Part shown: piece by piece, positions 51,156 to 61,316 of the stretch
How positions within the stretch are numbered: the stretch's first letter is position 1
How the letters are laid out: the number at the start of each line of letters is the position of its first letter
NCBI GenBank assembly: GCA_017528045.1
Contig: JAFXPG010000005.1
Coordinates: forward strand, 1,370 to 65,369
Origin: Alphaproteobacteria bacterium
Lineage (GTDB): Bacteria > Pseudomonadota > Alphaproteobacteria > Rs-D84
Direction: 5' to 3'
Length of the DNA stretch: 64,000 nt
Position numbers and translations under genes: made by a program
Notes under the pieces: generated by a model
What the model was told of the DNA's origin: nothing
The model's database searches: none
The model's input: the letters and a program-made list of their open reading frames with translations, nothing else

Positions 51156-52235
51156 ATGACAACGAAAAAAACTTTTACTTTTTTGATGATACTGGCGATT
51201 GTTGGAATTCATCACACAGCCGATTCTTGTACAGGAATCACATTGAAATCTAATGATGGTGCAAATATTGTTGCACGAACAGTTGAATGGGCAAACGGAG
51301 AATCTCCAAGTGACTATTTGATAGTTCCACGTGGATACACAAAACAATCTATGTTACCAGACGGAACCAGAACAGGTATGAAATACAGTGCCTTTTTTGG
51401 TTATGTTGGTTTAGCATCTGAAGATTATGTCATAGAAGGTTTAAATGAAGCAGGGCTTTCTGCAGGATTGTTTTATTTTCCTGGATATGGATCTTATCCA
51501 AAATATGATCCGGAAGAAAAAGATATTACAATTTCTGATACAGAATTTGTCGCATGGATTTTAGGTAATTTTGAAGTCGTAGATGATGTTGTTGCTGCTT
51601 TATCAAATGTTCGTGTTGTTTCTACAGATCCAAGAGCAGAAACTTTGCATTGGCGTGTTGCTGATAAAAATGGTCGTCAAATTGTTATAGAATATATAAA
51701 TGGTATCCCAATGGTTCATGATAATAAATTGGGTGTTTTAACAAATCAGCCTACATATGATTGGCACATAACAAATTTAAATAATTATATAAATTTACAT
51801 GCAGGCACAACAGATGCACATGAATTCGGAAATATTACATTAAATCCATTGGGACACGGCAGCAATTTATTGGGGTTACCAGGAGATGTTACACCACCAT
51901 CTCGTTTTATTAGAGTTGCGATGTATCAAACCAGTGCACCTGTATTAAATACTGCAGCAGATGCAGTAAATCAAGCGTTCACAATTTTAGAAGCAATGAC
52001 AATCCCAATAGGTATTCAATTTGCAGATAAAACAAAAATTCCAAATATACCATCTGCAACACAATGGACATCTGTTACAGATATGACAAATGGAAATTTA
52101 TATTATACAACGATGTATAATCCGATTATTCGTAAATTTGATTTAAATAATATAGATTTTTCAAAAGTTTTGTATCAACAACATCCATTGGATACAATTA
52201 AATCTAGACCAATGGTTGACATAAAGGTAAATTAA
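51156..52235 (+). CDS. choloylglycine hydrolase / penicillin V acylase family (Ntn hydrolase), exported
   Basis: Signal peptide then N-terminal nucleophile CTG; GLNEAGL, LTNQP, GLPGD.TPPSRF. Confidence 0.93.
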   Translation: MTTKKTFTFLMILAIVGIHHTADSCTGITLKSNDGANIVARTVEWANGESPSDYLIVPRGYTKQSMLPDGTRTGMKYSAFFGYVGLASEDYVIEGLNEAGLSAGLFYFPGYGSYPKYDPEEKDITISDTEFVAWILGNFEVVDDVVAALSNVRVVSTDPRAETLHWRVADKNGRQIVIEYINGIPMVHDNKLGVLTNQPTYDWHITNLNNYINLHAGTTDAHEFGNITLNPLGHGSNLLGLPGDVTPPSRFIRVAMYQTSAPVLNTAADAVNQAFTILEAMTIPIGIQFADKTKIPNIPSATQWTSVTDMTNGNLYYTTMYNPIIRKFDLNNIDFSKVLYQQHPLDTIKSRPMVDIKVN

Positions 52236-52307
52236 TTTATATGTGTTTTATTTAGGATAATATTCACATATTAATATTGACTTTATTTAAGGCTTGTGAT
52301 TCAATTT

Positions 52308-52484
52308 GACCCGATGACAGGAATTCTGTCATCGGGTCTTACTAACCCAGGGTATAGAAGTCAGGGATGACTGAAAAAATCTCCAACTGGTAACGGTTGG
52401 AGTGTGTGAATATATTGAATAAGCACGACAATATCTATACATTGTTAGTAAGCTCCAACCACCAAATTTCTTTGGTGGTGTTTT
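52308..52484 (+). ncRNA. candidate structured RNA / cis-regulatory leader
   Basis: 13-bp hairpin, multibranch domain with two GNRA-capped stems, terminal terminator. Confidence 0.5.
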
Positions 52485-52507
52485 GTTTTAAAACATGGGG
52501 TTTAACA

Positions 52508-53053
52508 ATGCAAAAGACATTAAAAATCATAATTTTATCTGTATGTATTTTATTCGGTATTTTTAATCAAGCAAAAGCCGAAAAAAATGATGATATAGAA
52601 AGATTGGGTGATTTAATGATGGTTATGAGTCCTGCATATGCTTGGGGTATGACTGTTAATGAAAAAGATTTTGATGGTACTGTTCAATTTGCAGAATTAA
52701 TGTTAAGTACACAATTAGCTGTAGAAGGTATTAAAGCTTTTAATTTAGAAGAACGACCAAATCATAATAACAAAAGATCTTTTCCAAGTGGACATTCTGC
52801 AGCCGCTTTTTCTGGTGCTATGTTTGTTCATAAAAGATATGGTTGGAAACCAGCTTTGGTGCCTTATGCCATGGGATTAATAACAGCTTGGTCCAGAGTA
52901 GAAACAAAAGCTCATTATATACATGATACCATTGCAGGGGCTGCGATTTCTGCTTTATTTACTTGGGTTTTAGTCGATAAATATGTGCCTGAAAACGTTT
53001 GCATAAATGCAGATACGACTGGTGCAAGTATAACGATTAAAACAAAATTTTAA
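52508..53053 (+). CDS. PAP2-family phosphatase
   Basis: K......RP, SFPSGH and SR....AH...D motifs. Confidence 0.92.
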   Translation: MQKTLKIIILSVCILFGIFNQAKAEKNDDIERLGDLMMVMSPAYAWGMTVNEKDFDGTVQFAELMLSTQLAVEGIKAFNLEERPNHNNKRSFPSGHSAAAFSGAMFVHKRYGWKPALVPYAMGLITAWSRVETKAHYIHDTIAGAAISALFTWVLVDKYVPENVCINADTTGASITIKTKF

Positions 53054-53054
53054 A

Positions 53055-53567
53055 TTACTTTGAAACAATAACCATTGCTGTTCTTAAAACGGAATCTCCA
53101 AACATATATCCAGATTGTAATTCTTCGATAACTGTATTTGTTTTTGTTTCTGGTGTTGGTTTATCTGTCATTTGAATTGCATTATGGAATTGTGGATTTA
53201 ATATTTCACCAACAGATTCTATTTTTGTAATACCGATTTGAGCAAACGCATTCTGTAATGCACGTTGCATAGTTTGAATTCCTTCATCATTTGGATTATG
53301 TTTTAATGCCGCATCAACTGCATCCATCACAGGTAAAATTTTTTCTGCAATTTCCATTGCACGATTACGTGATACTGATTCAATATCTAAATTTGCACGA
53401 CGACGAGTATTTTCTAATTCTGCTGCTATACGTAAATATTTATCATTTAATTCTGCTATTTTAGAATTTAATTGTTCTATAATTTCTGTTTGTTTGTTTT
53501 CTGAATCTTTTATTTCTTCTTTTTTAACAGATACAGATTCTATTTCTACTTCTTTCTTGTCTTCCAT
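53055..53567 (-). CDS. grpE: nucleotide exchange factor GrpE
   Basis: LR..AE.EN.RRR, P..H.A, GY.....LR.AMV.V. Confidence 0.96.
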   Translation of the reverse strand: MEDKKEVEIESVSVKKEEIKDSENKQTEIIEQLNSKIAELNDKYLRIAAELENTRRRANLDIESVSRNRAMEIAEKILPVMDAVDAALKHNPNDEGIQTMQRALQNAFAQIGITKIESVGEILNPQFHNAIQMTDKPTPETKTNTVIEELQSGYMFGDSVLRTAMVIVSK

Positions 53568-53599
53568 GATATATTCCTGTGTTTTAATTTATTATAAAT

Positions 53600-54298
53600 T
53601 TATTTAACTGAATTTATTATAGGTAAAAATGTTTCTGGTTTCAAGGAGGCGCCGCCAATTAATAATCCGTCAACATGTGGTAATTCAGATATTTCAGATG
53701 CATTATCTGATTTTACACTGCCACCGTATAAAATAGGTGTTTTTTCTTTATGAATGCTGTGCAGTGTTTTAAATATAGTTTCATGAACTGCGGTAATTTC
53801 TTCTGGTGTTGGTGTAATTCCTTTGCCAATGGCCCAGCGTGGTTCATAAGCAATGATGTATTCACCGTCATCAGGTACACTTTCTAAAACCATCTTTTTT
53901 ACAACAGACATAGTACGGCCAGCATGATGTTCTTCATCTGTTTCACCAACGCATATGATTGGAATCAAATTGTTTTTGATAGCAACAACTGCTTTTGCTT
54001 TAACAATATCATTTGTTTCATTATGATAAAAACGTCTTTCACTGTGTCCAACGATAACATATTCTGCACCGGCATCTTTTAACATTTCACCAGAAATATC
54101 ACCAGTATAAGCACCATTTGAATATTGGCTTATATCTTGTGCTCCAATTATTGTTTTATATTTATTGTCATATAATAAGGTAAAAGGTAAGCAAATAATA
54201 ACTTTATTATTGGTTTTTACATTTTTTAATGCTTTGAACATAGCTTCTTTTTCAGCCAAATTACCATTCATTTTCCAGTTACCAATAATAAATTTCAT
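53600..54298 (-). CDS. tpiA: triosephosphate isomerase
   Basis: GNWKMN, GHSERR, AYEP.WAIG, LYGGSV, GGASL. Confidence 0.98.
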   Translation of the reverse strand: MKFIIGNWKMNGNLAEKEAMFKALKNVKTNNKVIICLPFTLLYDNKYKTIIGAQDISQYSNGAYTGDISGEMLKDAGAEYVIVGHSERRFYHNETNDIVKAKAVVAIKNNLIPIICVGETDEEHHAGRTMSVVKKMVLESVPDDGEYIIAYEPRWAIGKGITPTPEEITAVHETIFKTLHSIHKEKTPILYGGSVKSDNASEISELPHVDGLLIGGASLKPETFLPIINSVK

Positions 54299-54362
54299 GT
54301 TGTATCCTTTTTTATTGATTTTTTATCATCTTTTTTGCTATGGTATCGCAAAAGGTGGAAAA

Positions 54363-55775
54363 ATGCTAGAATATTTACGTAATGCTGCTGACAAACCGTT
54401 AGCAAAAGTTTTAATGTATGTTTTAATCTTCAGTTTTGTTGGTTGGGGGGCTGCTGAATGGATTTTTGGTGGTGCTGTGCAAAACACGACATTAGTGCAT
54501 GTTGGAAATGCAGATATTTCTGTGCAACAATTTAATAATGAGCGTTCACGTCAATTATCTGTTATGTCAAAAGAAGATCAGAGATCTGCTTATACTGATC
54601 CTGTTAAATCTGCTGAATTAACAAATTCCGTAATGGCTACTTTGACAATGAATCAATTGGCTTTAAATCGTGCAGAAGACATGGGATATGTTGTATCGGA
54701 TAAACGAATCGCTGAAGAAATTCGTAATCACCCAAATTTCCAAGTAAATGGTAAATTTGTTCCTTGGATGTTTGATATGGTTTTACAAAATTCTGGTATG
54801 ACAGAACGTGATATAGCAGACTCTTTGCGTGGTGATATTTTACGTCAAATGGCTGTTGGAATGACAAGTGTTCCTGTAAAGGTACCCCAATTTGCTGTTG
54901 ATGCTGCATATAATGCACGTTATTCAAAACGAGATATAAATTATGTTCCTGTTAAATTTGCAGATATTAAAATATCTGAGCCAACAGAAGAAAATTTGAA
55001 AAATTATTATGCTCAAAATCCAGTAATTGTTCCTGAAAAAAGGGCCGTTTCTTACGTTTTTGTTGCTGCTGATATGAATAAACCTGATGTTTATGACGAA
55101 GGTTTCAAAAAATCACAACAAATAGAAGATATGATTATCTCTGGTTCTTCTATGAAAGAAGCCGCAGATAAATATAAAGCAAAATATGTAGAAATACCTG
55201 CGTTTGCTCGTGGTGAAAAAATATCAGATAAAATATTAAATAATGACTTAATCGCTAAAGTGTTCTCTATGGATGCAGGAATGGAAAGTGAATTGTTAGA
55301 ATTGAAAGAAGGTTTTGCGATTTTGCGTGTTAATAATATACAAGAACAACATAATGCTGAATACAAAGATGTTAAAAAATCTTTAGTTGCTGATTGGAAA
55401 AAATCAGAACAAAGAAAACAAGCTTATGTGAAAGCTAATGAAAAATTGGTTGATTTAAATAAAAATGGTTCTTTGAAAGATGCTAAATCTGTGTCAGTAT
55501 CCAGAACAGAAGGTGCACCATTAGTTGTTTTGAATTCTGCTTACGCTGGTAAAGTTGGAGATAACAATATTGTAGAAGATAAAGATGCTTTCTATGTTTT
55601 ACATATAGATAAGGTTACAACACCAAAAGTAGATGCAAAACAAAAAGAAAATTTACGTAAAGAATTAGAAAAATCTTCTGCTCGTTATGTACAAGATGAT
55701 TACAGCCAATTCTTGAAACGCCATTATCGTGTCAAAGTAAATCAAAAAACTTTTGACAGATTCATAGCGAAATAA
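54363..55775 (+). CDS. ppiD: PpiD/SurA-type periplasmic chaperone
   Basis: MLEYLR...SFVGWG N-terminus, SurA_N domain, PE.R motif; divergent from tpiA as is common in Alphaproteobacteria. Confidence 0.8.
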   Translation: MLEYLRNAADKPLAKVLMYVLIFSFVGWGAAEWIFGGAVQNTTLVHVGNADISVQQFNNERSRQLSVMSKEDQRSAYTDPVKSAELTNSVMATLTMNQLALNRAEDMGYVVSDKRIAEEIRNHPNFQVNGKFVPWMFDMVLQNSGMTERDIADSLRGDILRQMAVGMTSVPVKVPQFAVDAAYNARYSKRDINYVPVKFADIKISEPTEENLKNYYAQNPVIVPEKRAVSYVFVAADMNKPDVYDEGFKKSQQIEDMIISGSSMKEAADKYKAKYVEIPAFARGEKISDKILNNDLIAKVFSMDAGMESELLELKEGFAILRVNNIQEQHNAEYKDVKKSLVADWKKSEQRKQAYVKANEKLVDLNKNGSLKDAKSVSVSRTEGAPLVVLNSAYAGKVGDNNIVEDKDAFYVLHIDKVTTPKVDAKQKENLRKELEKSSARYVQDDYSQFLKRHYRVKVNQKTFDRFIAK

Positions 55776-55788
55776 AAAGGAGCAAAAG

Positions 55789-55860
55789 ATGAAAATAAGA
55801 ATGAATATAAAAAAAGCAACTGAAACAGATATGGACCCAGATATAGATGATGATGAATAA
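55789..55860 (+). CDS. candidate 23-aa small protein
   Basis: SD AAAGGAG; MKIRMNIKKATETDMDPDIDDDE*; terminator ATCGCCCG..CGGGCGAT follows. Confidence 0.45.
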   Translation: MKIRMNIKKATETDMDPDIDDDE

Positions 55861-55896
55861 ATAAATCGCCCGGTCGGGCGATTTATAAATTAAAAA

Positions 55897-56550
55897 ATGC
55901 AAATTGAAACATCTGGTATTTTAATAAACATGAAACCGTTTTCAGAACGTGATGCGGTTGCTTATATTTTTACACAAAATAATGGTGTATTGGTTGGAAT
56001 GTTGCGTGGTGCAATGTCATCAAAGAAAAATCGACCATTAATAGGACAGGTTGGAAACGTGTCTTGGAATGCAAGACTGGATTCTCAGTTAGGTGTTTTT
56101 CATTGGGAACCTGAAAAAAATTTATCTGCACTTTTATTATTAAATTCTGATTTGTTAACACTTATGAATTCTGCATTTGCTTTGATATACACTTTAATCC
56201 CAGAACGTGAATCATATGAACATCTGTATTCAGATACAATACAATTATTACAAAATTTACCAAATGCGCAAAATCCATACGATACTTATTTGAAATGGGA
56301 AATATCTTTATTAAAAGATTTGGGGTATGCATTGGATTTAACAAAATGTTCTGGATGTGGTAAAAGTGAAAATTTATATTATTTATCGCCAAAAACGGGC
56401 AGGGCTGTTTGCATTGATTGTGGTAAACCTTATATGGATAAATTGTACAAATTACCAATAAATTTAAATATCACAGAACGTTTTATTCGTAATATTTGTG
56501 ATATGCAAGGAACAGATTTTCCAACGGTCAGAAAATATTTAAAAATATAG
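55897..56550 (+). CDS. recO: DNA repair protein RecO
   Basis: W.ARL..QLG, E..LL..LGY.LDL..C, Y.SPKTGRAV, C4 zinc finger. Confidence 0.93.
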   Translation: MQIETSGILINMKPFSERDAVAYIFTQNNGVLVGMLRGAMSSKKNRPLIGQVGNVSWNARLDSQLGVFHWEPEKNLSALLLLNSDLLTLMNSAFALIYTLIPERESYEHLYSDTIQLLQNLPNAQNPYDTYLKWEISLLKDLGYALDLTKCSGCGKSENLYYLSPKTGRAVCIDCGKPYMDKLYKLPINLNITERFIRNICDMQGTDFPTVRKYLKI

Positions 56551-56614
56551 TTTTTTTTGTTGCGTTAATATGTTTTTTTTTCTAACATCAAATTGTTCAA
56601 CAAAGGAGAAAAAT

Positions 56615-57436
56615 ATGATTTGGACACTGTTAATCCTGGTTTTAGCAATCGTATTGTATGTGTTTGGTGGTAAATTCATCAAATCTGGCAATAAGAAAGC
56701 TTCTGCTTTGGATATCGTAATGCACAAAGGTATTAATGTAATCGCAATTATGTTGATTGCTGGTTCTGTATGCCGTTTGTGGACACCTGTATATTTAACA
56801 CATACAAATCCTGCAATTTTGCAAGAAATGGTTAGTGCTATGCAGGCTCAACAAGAAGAAGAAAAGAATAAAGTTGTTCGCGACTATGTTGCAAAACATA
56901 TGGACGATATGATTGGTGATGCACCAATCGCAGGAAATGTAGATGCAAAGAAAACTATTTTCTTGTGGTCTGATTATTCTTGCCCATATTGCCGTCGTGT
57001 ACATAGCGAATTGGCACGTGTTTTATCAGAACGTGATGATGTTCGTGTAGTTTTGAAAAACTTCTCTATCCATGGCGCATTATCTGATGCCCCAGCACAA
57101 GCAGTTATCGCTGCTAAAATCCAAGACAATGCAAAAGCAGCTGCTTTGGATAAATTGTTAATGGATAAAGAATATTTCACACGTGATGATATGAAAGATC
57201 AAGCAAAATTGCCTGATATTATCCATGCTAATGTTATGAAATTGGCTAAAGAAGCTGGTTTGGATACTAAAAAATTAGCAGAAGATATGAAAGGTGAAGT
57301 TGTAAGAAATGAATTGAGAAATGTTCGTGAATTGGCACAACGTTTTGAAATCAGTGGAACACCTTATTTAATCATTGGTAATAAAGCATTCCCTGGTGCT
57401 ATTTCTTACTCTGCAATTATTGATGCTTTGAAATAA
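56615..57436 (+). CDS. DsbA-family thioredoxin-fold oxidoreductase
   Basis: DYSCPYCR and ISGTP (cis-Pro) motifs; N-terminal TMs. Confidence 0.9.
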   Translation: MIWTLLILVLAIVLYVFGGKFIKSGNKKASALDIVMHKGINVIAIMLIAGSVCRLWTPVYLTHTNPAILQEMVSAMQAQQEEEKNKVVRDYVAKHMDDMIGDAPIAGNVDAKKTIFLWSDYSCPYCRRVHSELARVLSERDDVRVVLKNFSIHGALSDAPAQAVIAAKIQDNAKAAALDKLLMDKEYFTRDDMKDQAKLPDIIHANVMKLAKEAGLDTKKLAEDMKGEVVRNELRNVRELAQRFEISGTPYLIIGNKAFPGAISYSAIIDALK

Positions 57437-57483
57437 TCGCACATTAAGTATAAAAACACCCACGATTGTGGGTGTTTTTTTTA

Positions 57484-57921
57484 TTATATGCTTTCTTTTA
57501 TTATTTTATCAAAATATAAGTCAAAGTTTATGTGTGGTAATTTTGTTTTTTTTAACATGTTTTTTTGAATTGTTATATGTGGTCTGATTTCATCATATTT
57601 AGTTGAGAATTTGTATTTTTCTTTAAGATATTTAAACAAATCTTTTACAATAAAACTGTCGAATTCTATAACTAATACAATACCATCATCGTGCGTGTCA
57701 AAAAATTCAAAATGTGCGTTTTTTCCAATAATAGGTAATTCTATTTCTGGTAATACAACGTCATTAATATTTATAATATCTGGACTGTAAATAATGGTGC
57801 AATGTGAATCTTTTTGAAAATCAATACATGGAATATTATGTCGATTTAACAGGTTATAAATTTTTTTAATAGTATTTTCGTCCGGTAATGTTTTTATATT
57901 TGTTCTGTGTGTATTTATCAT
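57484..57921 (-). CDS. 2H phosphoesterase, Acb1 (T4 gp57B)-like
   Basis: HCTIIYS and PHITI HxT motifs; 145 aa. Confidence 0.75.
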   Translation of the reverse strand: MINTHRTNIKTLPDENTIKKIYNLLNRHNIPCIDFQKDSHCTIIYSPDIININDVVLPEIELPIIGKNAHFEFFDTHDDGIVLVIEFDSFIVKDLFKYLKEKYKFSTKYDEIRPHITIQKNMLKKTKLPHINFDLYFDKIIKESI

Positions 57922-57923
57922 AT

Positions 57924-60695
57924 TTATTTATCCCAAATTGTAGAAATAACAGCTTCGGCTAATAATGGTACAGATAATTTTGTGACATTTTCCATTTCGT
58001 ATTTTATTAAATCGGCAAAATGTTGTGCTTCGTTTTCCACACATTCAAATATGATTTCATCATGAACTTGTAAAATCATTTTAATTTTATCACTGTTTGG
58101 TGCGACGATTTTATTATATATGTTCACCATAGCACGACGGACAATATCTGCTTCGAAACCTTGAATAGGAGCGTTTATTGCTGCACGGGCCACATAACCA
58201 CGCATACGTGGATTAGACGCTTCAGGGATTTCTATACGACGATGCCATGGTGTATAAACACAATGATTATCAAATACAAATTTGGTTATATAATCTATAT
58301 AATCTTTTATTTCTGGTAATTCAGACATATAAGAATCAATAATTTTTTTAGCTTCTTCACGTGAAATATTCAATTGATTAGCTAACCCAAACGCAGAAAT
58401 TCCATATATAATTGAAAAATTTATTGTTTTTGCAGCGCGTCTTAAATCTTTTGGTACGGATTGTTCTTGTGGAATATTGAATATTTTACGGGCTGTTTGT
58501 TCATGTATATCTAGCCCGGCATTAAATGTTTCTTTGAACATATCTACATTTGCAACATCAGCCAACAATCTTAATTGAATTTGTGAATAATCTATGGCTA
58601 TCAAAGTTTTACCTGTTTCAGCAACAAAACATTTACGTATTTCTTCACCCAGTTCAGTCTTTACAGGTATGTTTTGTAAATTTGGATTACGACTGGATAA
58701 ACGACCTGTATTTGTACTGGTTTGTAAATAAGTTGTATGAATACGACCATCTTGCGCTATTTGGTTTGGTAAAGCATCGGCATATGTGCTGGCCAATTTA
58801 GCAACAGAACGCCAATTTAATATTTTTTCTATGATTGGATGTGTTTCAATTAAATCATTTAAAGTAGATGCATCTGTTGATTGTTTTTTTCCAGATGGTA
58901 ATTTTAATTCTTCAAACAATACAGTTGCCAGTTGTTTTGGGCTGGCAACATTAAATTCATGACCTGACAATTCAAAAATTTCTGATTCTAAAGCACTTAA
59001 TTGTTTATGAAAAACATTTGATAATTGTTTTAATCTGTCACGATTTACAGCAACACCATTTTTTTCCATCAAACATAAAATAGGGCACAAAGGTAAATCA
59101 CAACTTTCATATAATTTACGCAATTTTTCATCTGTGTTTAATTGTGGCCGCATCAAATTATATAAATTCATACAAACCACAGAATCTTCGCCGGAATATT
59201 TTGAAGCCACTTCTATTGATAAAGTTTCAAAATGTTTATCTGTGTCTTTTGTTTTTGCATCAAATAAATCTTCAAATTTTATATCATTGTGGTTCAGATA
59301 TTTTATTGCTAATTCATCCAAACTGTGTCCATGTAAAGATCCATGCAAAGCATACGATAATAACATTGTATCATCAACAGGTGATATTTGGGTTATGTCC
59401 CATCCTTCATTAGATAAAATATGTAAATCGTATTTTAAATTATGTGCAATTTTTACAATGTTTTTATTAGTAAATATTGGCCATAATTTTTTATAAACAA
59501 TTTCCATTGGTAATTGATTTTCTGCTAATTTATCAACACCAAATAAATCCATAGATTTTGTTATATGACGAATCGGTATATAAGCCCCATGTATATCATC
59601 ATAAGCCAATGATATGCCAACAATTTTATCTGTTATTTGATTTAAACCGGTTGTTTCTGTGTCAAAAGCAATAACATTTGTTATGTGTGATAAAAATTCA
59701 TCCAGTTGAGATTCTGTTGAAATAGTTAATATATCCATTTCAAATGGTTTTGTATTTTGTGGAATCTGTTCTGGAATTTCAACAACCGGACAAATAGATT
59801 TTTCATATTCTGTTATTTGTGAAGAGCATTGTTGAATATCGCCTGGAAATAGTTTTTCTATTTTTGCGACCAAAGATTTGCTTTCTATTTTATTAGTCAC
59901 AAAATCTAACGCAGATTTTTTATTAAAACAAAACGGTTGTATAATCAATCCTTCTAAATCAACATCACGTTTTAATGTTACCAGTTGTTTAGAAATATAT
60001 GCTTTTTCTTGGTTTTCTTTTAATAAATTGCGAATTCTTTCGTTTTTAACAGAATCTAAATTTGCGTATAAATTATCTAAAGATTTAAATTCATTTATTA
60101 ATTCTGCGGCTTTTTTTGGACCAATTCCAGGAACCCCAGGAACATTGTCAGATGTGTCCCCCATCAAAGATTGAACATCTATAACTTGATCAGGGTGGAC
60201 CCCAAATTTTTCAAAAACTTGTGGTTCGTGAATTTCTTTTTGTTTCATACCATCGTACAAAAATGTACAAGACGAAACCAATTGCATTAAATCTTTATCA
60301 CTGCTGATTATTCGTGTACCACCATCATTATTACAATTGGCAGAGGCTATCGTTGCGATAACATCATCTGCTTCCACCCCAGGAATACATAATACAGGCA
60401 TTCCCATTTCGTGAACACCGATTCGAATTAATTCACTTTGTTGTAATAAATCGGCGGGTGTTTCACCACGATTCGCTTTATATTCGGGATATATATCTTG
60501 ACGGAAAGAGATTCTTGATGCATCAAAAATGCACACAAAAGAATCATTTTCTTTGGCTTCTGCCAGTAATGGTAAAATCATATTAAAGAATCCATATACT
60601 GCACCCACAGGCATACCGTCTGAACGTGTCAAATTACCATGTACTCCGTAATATGCTCGAAATACCAAAGAATTTCCGTCAATTAAAGTCAGCAT
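57924..60695 (-). CDS. polA: DNA polymerase I
   Basis: LIDG 5'-3' exonuclease, DTETTGL 3'-5' exonuclease, DYSQI, K..NF..IYG, QVHDE. Confidence 0.98.
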   Translation of the reverse strand: MLTLIDGNSLVFRAYYGVHGNLTRSDGMPVGAVYGFFNMILPLLAEAKENDSFVCIFDASRISFRQDIYPEYKANRGETPADLLQQSELIRIGVHEMGMPVLCIPGVEADDVIATIASANCNNDGGTRIISSDKDLMQLVSSCTFLYDGMKQKEIHEPQVFEKFGVHPDQVIDVQSLMGDTSDNVPGVPGIGPKKAAELINEFKSLDNLYANLDSVKNERIRNLLKENQEKAYISKQLVTLKRDVDLEGLIIQPFCFNKKSALDFVTNKIESKSLVAKIEKLFPGDIQQCSSQITEYEKSICPVVEIPEQIPQNTKPFEMDILTISTESQLDEFLSHITNVIAFDTETTGLNQITDKIVGISLAYDDIHGAYIPIRHITKSMDLFGVDKLAENQLPMEIVYKKLWPIFTNKNIVKIAHNLKYDLHILSNEGWDITQISPVDDTMLLSYALHGSLHGHSLDELAIKYLNHNDIKFEDLFDAKTKDTDKHFETLSIEVASKYSGEDSVVCMNLYNLMRPQLNTDEKLRKLYESCDLPLCPILCLMEKNGVAVNRDRLKQLSNVFHKQLSALESEIFELSGHEFNVASPKQLATVLFEELKLPSGKKQSTDASTLNDLIETHPIIEKILNWRSVAKLASTYADALPNQIAQDGRIHTTYLQTSTNTGRLSSRNPNLQNIPVKTELGEEIRKCFVAETGKTLIAIDYSQIQLRLLADVANVDMFKETFNAGLDIHEQTARKIFNIPQEQSVPKDLRRAAKTINFSIIYGISAFGLANQLNISREEAKKIIDSYMSELPEIKDYIDYITKFVFDNHCVYTPWHRRIEIPEASNPRMRGYVARAAINAPIQGFEADIVRRAMVNIYNKIVAPNSDKIKMILQVHDEIIFECVENEAQHFADLIKYEMENVTKLSVPLLAEAVISTIWDK

Positions 60696-60704
60696 TTATA
60701 AACC

Positions 60705-61268
60705 TTAGAATATATAACGCATTTTTACGCGAACATTGTATTCCAATAAATCTGGTGTTGTGCTAGTTCCTGAAATTTTATAAATATCAGGCGCATATAA
60801 AGCACGACCTTCAATATCAAATTTTAAAGGGACTGCCAAGATATCAACAGTTGCACCCAACATAGCTTGATAAGCTGTTGTTGAATCTATATCAAATTTG
60901 TATTCTGTGCCTTTTTCATCATATTTATGTTCGCCACCAAATACCATACCAAAACCGGCACCTATATAAGGCATAATAAGTGTAGATGGCATCTTAGCAT
61001 AAATGTTTAACATAGCCGCATTTGTGCTTAATTCAGAAGAATCTAAATAGTTATATTCTAATTCTGCACGAACAACAGGAATATCCACACCAGCAACCGC
61101 ACCAATTAATCTGGAAGGTGCGCTTTCATGAGAATCTTTTGTAAATAAAGTATGGCCACCAGCACCAACCATACCACCAATATAAAAATCTGCTATAACA
61201 CCTGCATTAGCAGAAGCACATGTTAATACAGAAAACAAAGAAATTAAAGATAACGATGTTTTTTTCAT
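60705..61268 (-). CDS. 8-stranded outer-membrane beta-barrel protein
   Basis: Signal peptide; RAELEY, PYIGAGFG, AYQ..LG; terminal RYIF. Confidence 0.85.
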   Translation of the reverse strand: MKKTSLSLISLFSVLTCASANAGVIADFYIGGMVGAGGHTLFTKDSHESAPSRLIGAVAGVDIPVVRAELEYNYLDSSELSTNAAMLNIYAKMPSTLIMPYIGAGFGMVFGGEHKYDEKGTEYKFDIDSTTAYQAMLGATVDILAVPLKFDIEGRALYAPDIYKISGTSTTPDLLEYNVRVKMRYIF

Positions 61269-61316
61269 ACTTTTTCTCCTTTATATGATATTATAGTATA
61301 AAACAAAGGGCTAAAC

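Noticed and set aside
52308-52484. tmRNA, RNase P, SRP or retron msr-msd
   Set aside because: It lacks their consensus motifs (T arm/acceptor piece, GAGGAAAGUCC, GGAA-loop SRP domain), and no reverse transcriptase is nearby.
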